Assembly: GCA_012295275.1 (NCBI GenBank)
Contig: CM022669.1
Span: 16,306,001-16,370,000 of the forward strand
Direction of reading: 5' to 3'
From: Chrysomallon squamiferum
Taxonomy: Eukaryota > Animalia > Mollusca
DNA length: 64,000 bases
Shown: positions 47,084 through 64,000 of the stretch, in pieces
Layout: every line of letters starts with the position of its first letter
How positions within the stretch are numbered: position 1 is the first letter of the stretch
Position numbers and translations under genes: made by a program
Notes under the pieces: model-generated
Database searches by the model: none
Seen by the model: the letters and a program-made list of their open reading frames with translations, nothing else
What the model was told of the DNA's origin: nothing

Positions 47084-50000
47084 ATGTCTCGAGAACAAGT
47101 CGAAAACCTAAATCAAGCCATAAGATTGACACAGAAACTCAGAGCAAGCGTATCGCGGGTGTTTCAAGATCTTGCAGACGGGTTTGAAAATGTCCAAGCG
47201 TCACAGGAAAACGAATCGTCTACATCAACTACAACTGCACAAACTACAGCTACAAGTACAAGATCAACATCAAGCTCTGTTGTTTCGTCTGGATCATTGA
47301 ACAATTTGCAGAAATCTCTGGTTTTGGTCAATAGTAACTACAGGTAAAAAAATTCAAATTAATTGACACTATCAAAGTATCATAACTATTACATTAGTAT
47401 TACTACTATAACTGTATAAAGTATAATAAACTGTGAAGTATTTTTCCAAATAATTTAAAACTTCTTATTCCACTCATACGGATTAAATATTTAAAGATTT
47501 AGATTTTAAAATAAATTTAGTGTTAATTATTCTAAACATATTATAGTTTAATCAGGCGTTACTGAGGGTCAGGGGATCCTGTGGCCTGTTATCACCCAGG
47601 TTTCCAAGTTCCATTCTATAGTTATTCTATAGTATAAATTACAGATTTGAAAATCCAGAGATAGATATAGTAGAATATTATATACACAGTATTTTGTACC
47701 TATTAAATGTGAGGTATTTTTGTATGTTGCAGTGAGCTTGAAAAAATTGCCACAACTTTGACACCATCCATCTACACAGCAAACACAGGACATGTCTGTG
47801 TGGACCCAGTGGTTGACAGAATGCCAGTCTATTCACAACTTATTCACTCATATAAATGGACAAACAAAGTATACAAATTTTTATTTATTATTTTCATTAT
47901 CATTTTATTTCAAGTATATATATTTTATTATCTTATAATTATTATTTATTTATATTTATGTACAATCTTCTTTTCTATTTTTTAATTTTATTTTAAGGGC
48001 AGCTTTTGGGAGACCTAAAATATTTACTTTTACTTTTTATTATTACGAGAGAAAGAGAGATAGAACAAAAGACAGTTTCGTATTTTTGTCGTAAGTTATT
48101 CACTTTATATTTCATATTCAAAATCTATAAAATATCACACTTTTACCATTAGACATTTTATATTACAATTAGTGTGATGTATTTATGAAGTTATATCAGA
48201 TTTTATTTGCCCGTTGTAGATGTATGAGCATGCAGAGAAAGCATTGTCCATTCTTCAACAGAATTCCCTAAAACGGTCCAGTATCTCTCCTTACAGGACA
48301 AATAGGGTCAAAGTTCGGCCCATTTCTTCACCAACAGCTTACCCTCCAAGGTGAGATTACATGATAACTGTCTAATCTTTTAATTTCTGTCAGTGCATTG
48401 GCTGGAGGAAAGTGAGTTTTCAAGACTGTTCAATTGTCATGTCAGTTGTTTTACTAATTGTAAAATAAGATTCTGCAGCTTGGATCTGCTGGTAAATGTA
48501 ACTTGTCACAGCATTCCTGATTTTAATGGATACAGTCAGTTCTTAATACAATAATGCGCTTTTTTTTGAATCTGTGGATTAGATATATAAATAAAGCTCT
48601 ATATTATATCTTCTTTTTTTTGTAAAAAATAATATCAACACACACACACACATACAGAAACAGAGACAGAAACACACTTGAAGAGAGAGAGAGAGAGAAA
48701 TGAATAAATGTGGTTTGTAATGTTAATATATACACACACCAACACATGCATATATGTACATATATATATATATATACATACACACCTTTTGTGTATTTTA
48801 TATGTTTGAATTAATTTTTTTTTTAGTAAAGTTGATGTATTTATTGGGCAGTTAGACAGACAGTTTACAGACTTACAGTTCAGTGTCTCTCGGCCATTGG
48901 GAAGCTGCACAGCAGTACAGGTAATTATAGTTATTCTTAATGTGTCGCTGGGGTTTAAAAAGAATCTCGGAATAAAAGGAGGCACTATCACTGTAACCTG
49001 ATATAATTCTAATGTTGAAATAATTTTTATTATGTACTTTATTATACAGAATACAACAATGGTTAGCATACGATAGGGCTATAAGTCTCTGCTGTACTTT
49101 TTTGTTTGAATTTTCTTGTTTATTTTGATGACATTCTCAGTAGTTTCTGTTGTTCTGGGGAAGATTTTTAACATGGATTTTGACATAAGTATTTTTATTT
49201 TTGACAGCTCACACTGGGTCGTACCATGAAAGTTTTGCTTGTTTTGCGTGGCTTGTTGATTGAGTGGGTCAAAGTTAAAGCTTTTCATGAAGATTTTTTA
49301 ACAGAAGATGGCAAAGTTAGTTCCATGATTTATTTTAACAGTAATAATAAGACTGACTTTTCTATTTGAAATTATGATGACATTATTTTAAAATTATAAA
49401 ATTTGCTGAAATAGAAGCAACATTTTAATATCTGGTAACGAGTTTACAGTCAGTTTAAAACTGTTATTCGTTAGGTCCAAGACAGAAATGTTTTGGTAAA
49501 TGTTAAATTGTAGCATCTGTTAACAGTAATTTAAAAAAATATAATTGTATCATAATCGTAAATTTTAATTAGAGAGAAAAAATTGTGGATGTGATTACTA
49601 TTCTAATGATATTTTATATGTATTTTAAATTATGAAGTAGATGTATTTATTACATATTTTTTTATCTTTTATTTCAGATGGATATATGGTCCAATTCTCG
49701 TTTTCAAATCTTCCAGAAGGTATTTTTAATTGGCTTATATGTATGCATATATATATAAGCAGCAGTTAAATAATTTCATTGGTTGTTTTATTTATTATTA
49801 TTACATAAATAATTTAAAAAAAAACATAGGCCTACATATATTTCAGTAACATAACATATGACTTGTTAGAAAATGTATACATTTTCAAATTTGATTTGTT
49901 TAAAAATATAAATAACAAAAAATAAAAAAACAATTTGGTAAGGAATTTAGCCTTTCAGATACAATTTATATTTTTAGTTTGTATTATCAGTATCATTAAT

Positions 50001-50698
50001 AATAGTAGTAGTGGTTGTGATGGTAGTTGTAGTAATTTTGTTATCTATTATCATTATCCCACACATTTTAATGAATTTCTTCTATTATTTTTGAACAGAT
50101 CACAGATCATACAACAGCAGCCACTCTTCATTTCTATCACATTGTACCTGAACTTAGCATACAGTCCTTCTTGGTTAGTTATTTTCTTATTATTCTTTTT
50201 TATAATGTGCTATAAATGTTTTAAAGCCATGTAGTTTTCAAAAGAATATCTAAATAAACTTTGTTTTGAATGGTTTTATAGCATACCTTTACCTACTTTA
50301 TTATCAATATTTACAACAACAAAAATTAAATTTATTTAATGAAATATTGTCATCATTTGATTTGTATTAATCAGACTATTTACCAAAAGAAATATAATTT
50401 ACAAAGCCAAAGAAAAAAGAAATACATATATATTTAATTTTTTAATTTTGAGAGCCAGTGCTATGAAAAATAATAATCAAGAAATGAATAAAAAGATGGT
50501 ATAATTTTTTCACTGCTAATTTAAAATATATTTGGTGTTTTATTATTTATTTTTTTTTTTCAGGTTTGGTTGCAAGGTTATAAAAATCTGTTTACTGCTC
50601 CGTGTCACAAATGTGGAAAACATCTTCAGGGAGCTTTACTACCAACATGGCGCGATTTAAGAACTCGTGATGCCTATCACGAAAGCTGTAGACACTGA
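47084..50698 (+). CDS. MED27: Mediator of RNA polymerase II transcription subunit 27 (326 aa, 8 exons)
   Basis: Exons 47084-47343, 47733-47868, 48220-48350, 48827-48920, 49208-49315, 49678-49719, 50099-50173 and 50564-50698 splice in frame. Motifs DPVVDRMPVYSQLIHSYKWTNK, TEDGKMDIWSNS, LFTAPCHKCGKHLQ..LLPTWRD and YHESC match MED27, including the C-terminal zinc-binding region. Confidence 0.96.
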
Positions 50699-51312
50699 AG
50701 TATTTTTGTTACAAATAACATCACTGCCTGATCACATCCACAGATATGAAAGGAAATCAGAATTAAAATGTGTCTTCATATACCCCCTAGAAGTGTACCA
50801 CCACTTTTTTTCACTCACATCATTTTTCAAAACTTGTGGGGATCGTGTTTCACTGATACTGACATTCTCCAACGAATTAATTAATGAAATCATTGAGTTT
50901 ACATTTGGCAGAATTTTATGTGTTGTAATAATCATTTGATGGCTAAAAAGTCAGCACACAGTTCTTGTAGGGTTAAGATAATGTAACTTGAGACCATTAA
51001 AAATGAAGAGGAGTTTGTTCCATCTATCAGCAGTATGAATGAATGTGTTCAATTCTGAAGTAAATGTTTTGCAACTGGTGTCTGAATTGTAGTTTTAAAA
51101 AGAACAAAAAATAAACTAAAATCTGCCCAAACTGCCACTAAAGATGTAAAAAATTATACTCAAGACACAAATGGAATAGTGTAAATATTGTTTATTTTTA
51201 TTTACATTATAATCAATAGAAAACTGCTGAACATTCTCAAACTCTGGAGACCTTGTAACAGAATTTGTTTTTATTTTTCTTCAACATCTTTAATAAAACA
51301 AGGGCTCTGGTT

Positions 51313-57325
<6,013 letters not shown>

Positions 57326-57550
57326 GTTTGTTTTCTAAATGTATGATTGTTTAGTAAAACGAAAGAGGCACACGATAATATTCCTACAAGAATACAGTTT
57401 TATTCTTTTTATGAATATTTTGTTTGATGTTCAATTGAGTATTTATCTACAATTAAGCAGGCAATGGAGCATATATAACGTTCTGATAAATAAATTTCAA
57501 ATAATGCGCTGGTTCGATATAAAAATAATTTCCTTTTTAGACAATACAAA
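57326..57550. promoter_or_regulatory. Putative bidirectional promoter SPATA5L1/MRPL54
   Basis: The divergent ATGs are separated by only 225 bp. A YY1-like AAAATGGCC overlaps the MRPL54 start. Confidence 0.6.
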
Positions 57551-58656
57551 ATGGCCACCCCCATGAAAGGTTGTCTTTTAGCTGTCAGGCACTTAGAACG
57601 CCTTATTTTGCGTTCTAATGTTCACACGCAGCTGGTTGTACATGCTAAGAAAATGGTTGGAGGTATGTAGTACATAATGGTGTTTAAATCACTATGATGT
57701 AAAAATTAGTATTACTTTATTCCATGGAATAACATTTGTTATTGAATTCTTCATTAACGTTTAGTTTTACTCATTCGTATTCTAATTGTAATTCTACTGA
57801 GACGGTGCCATAAATTCCATTTTGTGCTAGGCGAAATCGCCGTAAATTTTATCTGCAACTAGAAAGGATTGACTCTGCTTAAAATTATCATAATATTAAA
57901 ATTACTGTCGTTGTATTAATGTTGAATGTATTACTCAGTACATGTTTAAATCAATTTCCAGTATGACTTATGACAAGATCGCTCATACTAATGGTGTACT
58001 TACATGTAGTCAAGTTAGTGATTTTAAAGCCAGTAATTATCATTAATATGTTATTCTAACAATTACTTTCTGAAAGCAGTTAAGTTGAATCGAAAACTAC
58101 TGCAAGATGCTATAGACTACAGTGTAACGTTTTTTAGATCAAGTCTGTCACATTGTTAATAATATTTGGAAAATTTACATTTTTATTCTTCATCTTGTTT
58201 ACCCAAATGCCTCACTTTGTATTTATTTATTTTAATTTATTTATTAAAGTATTATATATATATATATATATAGGCCTATATAATTTATTTTTTTAAACAT
58301 TACAAGGATATCTCATTCTTATACACCTACACCTGTTAATTTTATTTCTTATATTTGTAATAACAGGTAAGATGATGGGTCAGGCAATGGAAAAGGTACG
58401 ACTTGAAGTTGAAAAAGATGCTGAAAAGCTCACAAAGTATTGTTGTGGTGCAAACATTTACACAACTGGTAATGACCCTGAGCTGAAACCAGATTCAGAA
58501 TATCCCCAGTGGTTGTGGGAACTTCGCACAGACAGAAAACCTATAGACATTGCTGATCTCGATGAAGATGATTATCGTTACTGGAGAAGACTCAGAAATA
58601 TCACAATTAAAAGAAGAAACAGAATGCTTAGTGTAGAGAAACTGAAAAAACAATAA
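57551..58656 (+). CDS. MRPL54: Mitochondrial large ribosomal subunit protein mL54 (133 aa, 2 exons)
   Basis: Exons 57551-57662 and 58367-58656 (phase 1). Basic N-terminal presequence; CCGANIYTTGNDPELKPDSEYPQWLWEL and YWRRLR motifs of mL54. Confidence 0.95.
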
Positions 58657-59014
58657 TTCATTATTTTATCATCCTGATTTTTTTTCTTTCTGTGATTATC
58701 TTAATTAGTGCTACATTGGTATTGTATTCTGTATTCAAGCCATGGTTTAAATGTGTGGCGTAAATATTTTATAAAATGTATGGATAAAAGAGTGGAATAT
58801 ATTGTAGTCTACTGAATAAAAAGCAGTTTGAGAGACTGGAAAATGGCTCATTTTGTTTTTATTCAATATATATATATATATTAACTTCAGGTTCAATGGT
58901 TTAGCAATCATCTGGTAAATACAAATAATAGTTATGTATTATTCAGAACTTCCTTATTTTTAAAAACGTAGACATGTAGCATTGCTCTGAGTTTATAATA
59001 TTAATAGTTTATTT

Positions 59015-59170
59015 CCCTTTCTGTGAGAAGGCACATATAAAAGATCAGTTGCTGCTAATGAAGTATCACATTGTGTGGAAGCGTCAGTTTCTCAATATTT
59101 AATAGGTCCTTTGCACTGCATGATGCCATATAACTGTAGATGAAAAAGACGTTCAAATATTCTTAAATAT
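59015..59170 (+). mobile_element. SINE fragment (central core and 3' tail of a mollusc-type Meta-like SINE)
   Basis: GCACATATAAAAGATCAGTTGCTGCTAAT...TTTCTCAATAT...GGTCCTT...GATGCCATATAACTGTAGATGAAAA resembles the recalled consensus GCATATAAAAGATCCCTTGCTGCTAAT...GACGCCATATAACCGTAAATAAAA. Confidence 0.6.
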
Positions 59171-60082
59171 ATTTTGCCTTTGTTGTTGGTCTCAGAATTA
59201 TGACTGATTTTTCCACTTTGTTCTGGGTATACTCATTTTACAATATCAATACTTCTTCATGCATTTCTTGGGACTATATCCTGTTCCACAGCATTTGCAT
59301 CATTTCTTTATTAGTCCCCAGATAGGCAGTATGATAATAAAAACACACAAAAATTAGAATAGAAATGAAAGATAACATTGGTATCTGAAGTTTTGACATT
59401 CAAAAATAAATAATTTATTATTCCAGCAAAAATAAATGTGAGAAAGTTTATTTTGTTTTATATTTTTCCCAGAACAATTTGCTAGATTTCTTCTTTCTCT
59501 ACTAAAAATGTTAAATTTGCACATATTAGGTGAGGTGTCTGTCTTTATTTAGATCTTAATATAAAATGTATTTAGCTCCATGATGTAGTTAAATTAAACA
59601 ATTTATCCTCTGGCCATCACACAGTATTTAATAAAGTTAAAATTAATGTAAATACGGTCAGTAATGAACAAAATTATTATTAATAACAAAACTGAAAAAA
59701 AGCTTATGCTTATTTCACAATTAGAGATGTCTCAAAATCTACTTCATGTTATTTACTTTTTACTTGCTAAGAATATATTTATATATATATATATATATAT
59801 TTCTTTATTCTTTTTGTACCAAGAGAATCGGTTGCTAATCTGCAAATTTAACTGGAATGTCAACTGTGAAAGACAAGTACAGATCCAGTTCTTCTCCAAA
59901 AGAGACATCTATGTTGAAAATTCATTTTCAAACTGTTTTGCAAAACCGAAATTATTTAAGGCACTTTTGGATTGCACATCATAAATTTTCTATTAAACGG
60001 GCATTCTTTCAAGAAATTTGAAACATCATTATAAAAAATCACATATATAAAAAACAACAATATACATAAATGATTGTCAGAG

Positions 60083-61184
60083 TTAAGACGGAACCAGTCG
60101 CAAGAGAGGATTCCAGACAGTGGCAACTCCAACTAAAGAGGAGACAACTCCAGCGAGTCCTTGAAATCCAGGTGAAGCATTCACGTGTCCCAGAGTGCTC
60201 ATGGGCAGCACAACGTCACACATATTCTTAAGAAAATCAAGGAATATGGGAACATTTTCTTTCACACACCTGACAGCAACTTCGCGATCTGTCCTGACAT
60301 GTTTTACTTTACCATCATAGTAAGAATCCCCATTCATGTAATGACTCTTAGACGCCTGGTTATTTCGAACTTTTATTTCATGCATCAGTGCTCTCCACAT
60401 GTCATACACGTCACGCACAAGGTTTAACATAATGCTGACCAGCCAGAACTTAGCAGACAGCTTCAACCATCGCTGGACGTCTGCATTGATCAGTCCCACA
60501 CGTGCACACCAAACGACATGATCGAAGAACATGAAGAGAGCTTGGTTTATTTTCGATAGTGTCAGAGTCAGTTGCAGGACTGTGTTGGAAATGTGTAAAG
60601 TCTTTAGGGCACCATTCAGAAAGTCCAGACTTTTTCCAATTCTTAACACTGTAAATGATAATAAAATATTATTATCTCAAGTCCACAAGTTGCAGTTATT
60701 TATGTCAGGACATTTAGAAATCCAAATATTATATAAAATTATTTTCATGATTTAGGTATAAATTACAAAGTGACTGAAAATTAAATGTTGTCTGTGTCCC
60801 ATACTAATGATTAACCAAATATTTCAAATCTTTACTAAACTTTATTTTATGTTTATATTTTATTACATTTTCTGGTGGTACTAATACTGCTCTCAAGGGT
60901 TTTCAGTTTTTTTATTACGTCTTGTGCATATCCTTTAGACTGAAGATGCCACCAAACAAATTTACTTCCATACTGAAACAACCTGGAAAAATAAATAAAT
61001 AAATAAATAAATAAAATACATTGATAAATTATCGTGCATTTGTTCTCTTTTCTATGGCCAAAAGGTGCACGTATTATTTATTTAGCACTGTAAAATTGTT
61101 TGTAATAAAGGCAATAATGAATAAATTGAATTCATTCAATGAAAAATAAATATTTTATTATTATTAAAAAATGGACTACATATA

Positions 61185-61215
<31 letters not shown>

Positions 61216-61407
61216 TGTATGTATGTATTCATAATGTTGGTTAATTTTGGAAATAGAAACTACTGAAGAAAAAGGACAGTCAAAAAAGCAAGACATCAGT
61301 TGACAATCTTCTATTACATTTTCAATATTTATTTACCTGAACAGTTTATCTTTTCCAGCAGTCTGGGAATTAAATTTTATTATACTAGTAACGAAGTCCA
61401 GCTCCAT
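60083..61407 (-). CDS. PEX11: Peroxisomal membrane protein PEX11 (PEX11A/B-type, 250 aa, 3 exons)
   Basis: Exons 61407-61337, 60982-60867 and 60648-60083 in frame. Motifs FNSQTAGKDKLFRLFQYGSK, LESSISTTRKLLRIGKS, DHVVWCARVGL, DFLKNMCDVVLP and GLAGVVSSLVG. Confidence 0.95.
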
Positions 61408-61642
61408 AGCTTTATTTGCGGACTTTGGTCCTCGTTTTATATTTAAAGTGTTTTGCGGAACCGGATATGTATATTTTCCTAAACATCGCGATGTACCGAA
61501 AAGAATCAGTCTGATAGTTTCGCACCAAAATATGTCATATTATCGTAATATTGTAGTAAAATAAGCCTTTATCACTATAAATAAAATATATTAAAAGGAA
61601 TTTAATTAATATTTTTGTGACTGTAAATATACATTATTTTTC

Positions 61643-61705
<63 letters not shown>

Positions 61706-62052
61706 CATCATCATCATCATCATCATTATTATAATTTATTTATTTATTTATTATTCGACTTATAGTTGCTGTGCTGCTATTGATAATACGATTGCTGCTA
61801 CTATAGTACTACTATTCTATTGCTTAGCGCAGCAATATTAAAACATATATTTTACTAGTCAATAAAATATACCACTACTCGTAAACTTTTATTTTAATTC
61901 ATAAAAACTAGAAAACTAGAAAACTAGAAAATATTTAGGAATGAAGAAAATAAACAGAAAAACTGAAAACGGAAGATAAAGCTTGGGAAATTTTGAACAA
62001 CCAGTCGTTTGACTGTCGAAAACAGATATAATTTGAAACATGACCCGATTCA

Positions 62053-62067
62053 GTTGTTAATGGTAAC
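62053..62067. promoter_or_regulatory. X-box-like (RFX) motif upstream of WDR93
   Basis: GTTGTT-AAT-GGTAAC matches GTHNYY-N0-3-RGYAAC, ~240 bp upstream of the ATG of a ciliary gene. Confidence 0.5.
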
Positions 62068-62307
62068 GAATCGGTAGTTTTCGGTCAATTGTAATACGAC
62101 CAGCGCAAAGATTTGTTGAAAAATGGCCGACGTAGTTACGAACATGATGTCTGTGCACACTGGAGTTTATGTTGCTTCGTTTTAGTTGTTTACATTCGTC
62201 TATATCTGTTATATCAGTTAGGACGGTGGTTTAATATAAAAAAAGATAATAATAATAATTAGATTAACCGGCAATATATCCGTTAGTGCTATTCATCGAT
62301 AAGAAAC

Positions 62308-62749
62308 ATGCCGGTGTATGTAAGAAAAAATGTGTTTACCCCACCTTCGCTGGATAATGTTTCCAGTGAAGAAGAGGATGATTATCTACAGGATCCAGAG
62401 CTCCTTAAGGATGTGTTGCCTCAGCCTTATCGTATGATTGACAAAATTGTAAACTTAGTTCTTGATACGGTATGGGACATCATATCAATAAAAGAAAGAT
62501 TAAAGATAGCGCAGGAAAGCAAAATTAGGCCGCCTCGATATGATTGTGCTGTTGAAATGCAGGTATAGTCATCAGTGTGACAATCTTCTTTTTTTAAAAC
62601 CTGTTTTTGTTAATTAAAATAATAAATTAATTATATTTTATATAATGCAAATATTATTTGAATAATAAAAATAAAAAGTTGTATTACATAAACAATTCAG
62701 CTATTACATACAGACAAAAGAGAATGGCATAAATACATACATACACATA

Positions 62750-62820
<71 letters not shown>

Positions 62821-62861
62821 TTATGTATCTATATATGTACATGTATCTATGTATATGTATG

Positions 62862-62892
<31 letters not shown>

Positions 62893-62912
62893 ATACACAT
62901 ATGCATGCATAC

Positions 62913-62946
<34 letters not shown>

Positions 62947-63180
62947 GTGTATATATATATGTATATATATATATATATATATACACACATCTATTATTTG
63001 AAAGAAAAGAAAAAAAAGGTGTATTTCATAAACAATTCAGCTATTACATTACAGAAAAAAAGAGCATGGCATAAATATATTCATACACGCATAATTATAT
63101 ATATATGTATGTATATATATATATATATAGATACACATATACATGCATACATACATACATACATATATATATAGAGAGAG

Positions 63181-63218
<38 letters not shown>

Positions 63219-63618
63219 CATATACACACTCACACACATACATATACATACGAGCATAAATCATAATGCAAATATAATAATTTTGATTTTAAAAGCCACC
63301 AGTGTATTTATTTAATGCAATTACATATCTCTACATGTATATATTTATATATTTTATTTTCTATCATATCATAATCATATCATATCATAATAATGTATGT
63401 ATTTTTGATCCAGCCAAATTTCAATAAAGTAACAGCAATGACCGACAGTGTTGATGGCCGATACATCTTTGTTGGACTACCTAACAGTCTGGTCGTGCTG
63501 GATCCTGAAAACAAGCGTCAGATCGTCTCATGGGAGGAAAAGGATGTTGATATCACACACATCAAAGCACATATAATTGGTGTACAGACTTACCTCATTG
63601 TCACTATCGATGACATGG
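62308..63618 (+). CDS. WDR93: WD repeat-containing protein 93 (ciliary; 5' part, continues beyond the window)
   Basis: Exons 62308-62562 and 63414-63618. [31 protein letters not shown] and [11 protein letters not shown]...IDDMG match the WDR93 N-terminus ([17 protein letters not shown]). Confidence 0.93.
62750..63215. repeat. (TA)n/(TG)n/(CATA)n compound microsatellite in WDR93 intron 1
   Basis: Direct reading. Confidence 0.95.
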
Positions 63619-63945
63619 GTGAGTTTGAGTGCGGCATTTGAGATTAATAACAGAGAAAATAATTAAACAGACAACAGTGTTTTCAGCTGGAACAGCTGCA
63701 TAAGCTATTAAATGAATTGTGGATTATTGATAGGGTATTAGCATTATGCATGACTGCTGGGTCGGTTATCACTGTTCCTGTTAGGTAGTTCTGTATACTG
63801 TAGAATTATGATTATAAAACAAATATTACTAAATAAATATATGTTATTAATTTCTTTTAGTTTATTTATTTAATTATTATTATTATTCATTAATTATTTG
63901 ATTGTCTGTTTGTCTATTTATTCATGTATTTATGTATTTGTGTAT

Positions 63946-63988
<43 letters not shown>

Positions 63989-64000
63989 TTTTAACTTTCT

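Overview
AT-rich, microsatellite-dense eukaryotic (animal) genomic DNA with spliced GT-AG genes. SINE-core fragments suggest a mollusc, probably a gastropod (inference). Almost all ORFs in the supplied track are translations of simple repeats. The first ~37 kb is gene-poor: microsatellites, SINE remnants, a MITE-like inverted repeat, a dispersed 87-bp duplication, a few unassigned exon-like pieces and possibly the 5' end of a minus-strand gene at the left edge. At 37.1-45.7 kb I assembled by hand two unnamed paralogous genes arranged head-to-head. They share intron phases and encode secreted-type ~200-aa proteins with 12 conserved cysteines, a CHG signal-peptide end and basic convertase-type sites; this pair is the most novel element in the window. 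From 47 kb on is a compact cluster of conserved genes in alternating orientation: MED27 (+), SPATA5L1/AFG2B (-), MRPL54 (+), PEX11 (-) and the 5' part of WDR93 (+). PEX11-WDR93 is head-to-head, as human PEX11A-WDR93 is. Gene models were built by manual translation and splice-phase checking; no database searches were run.
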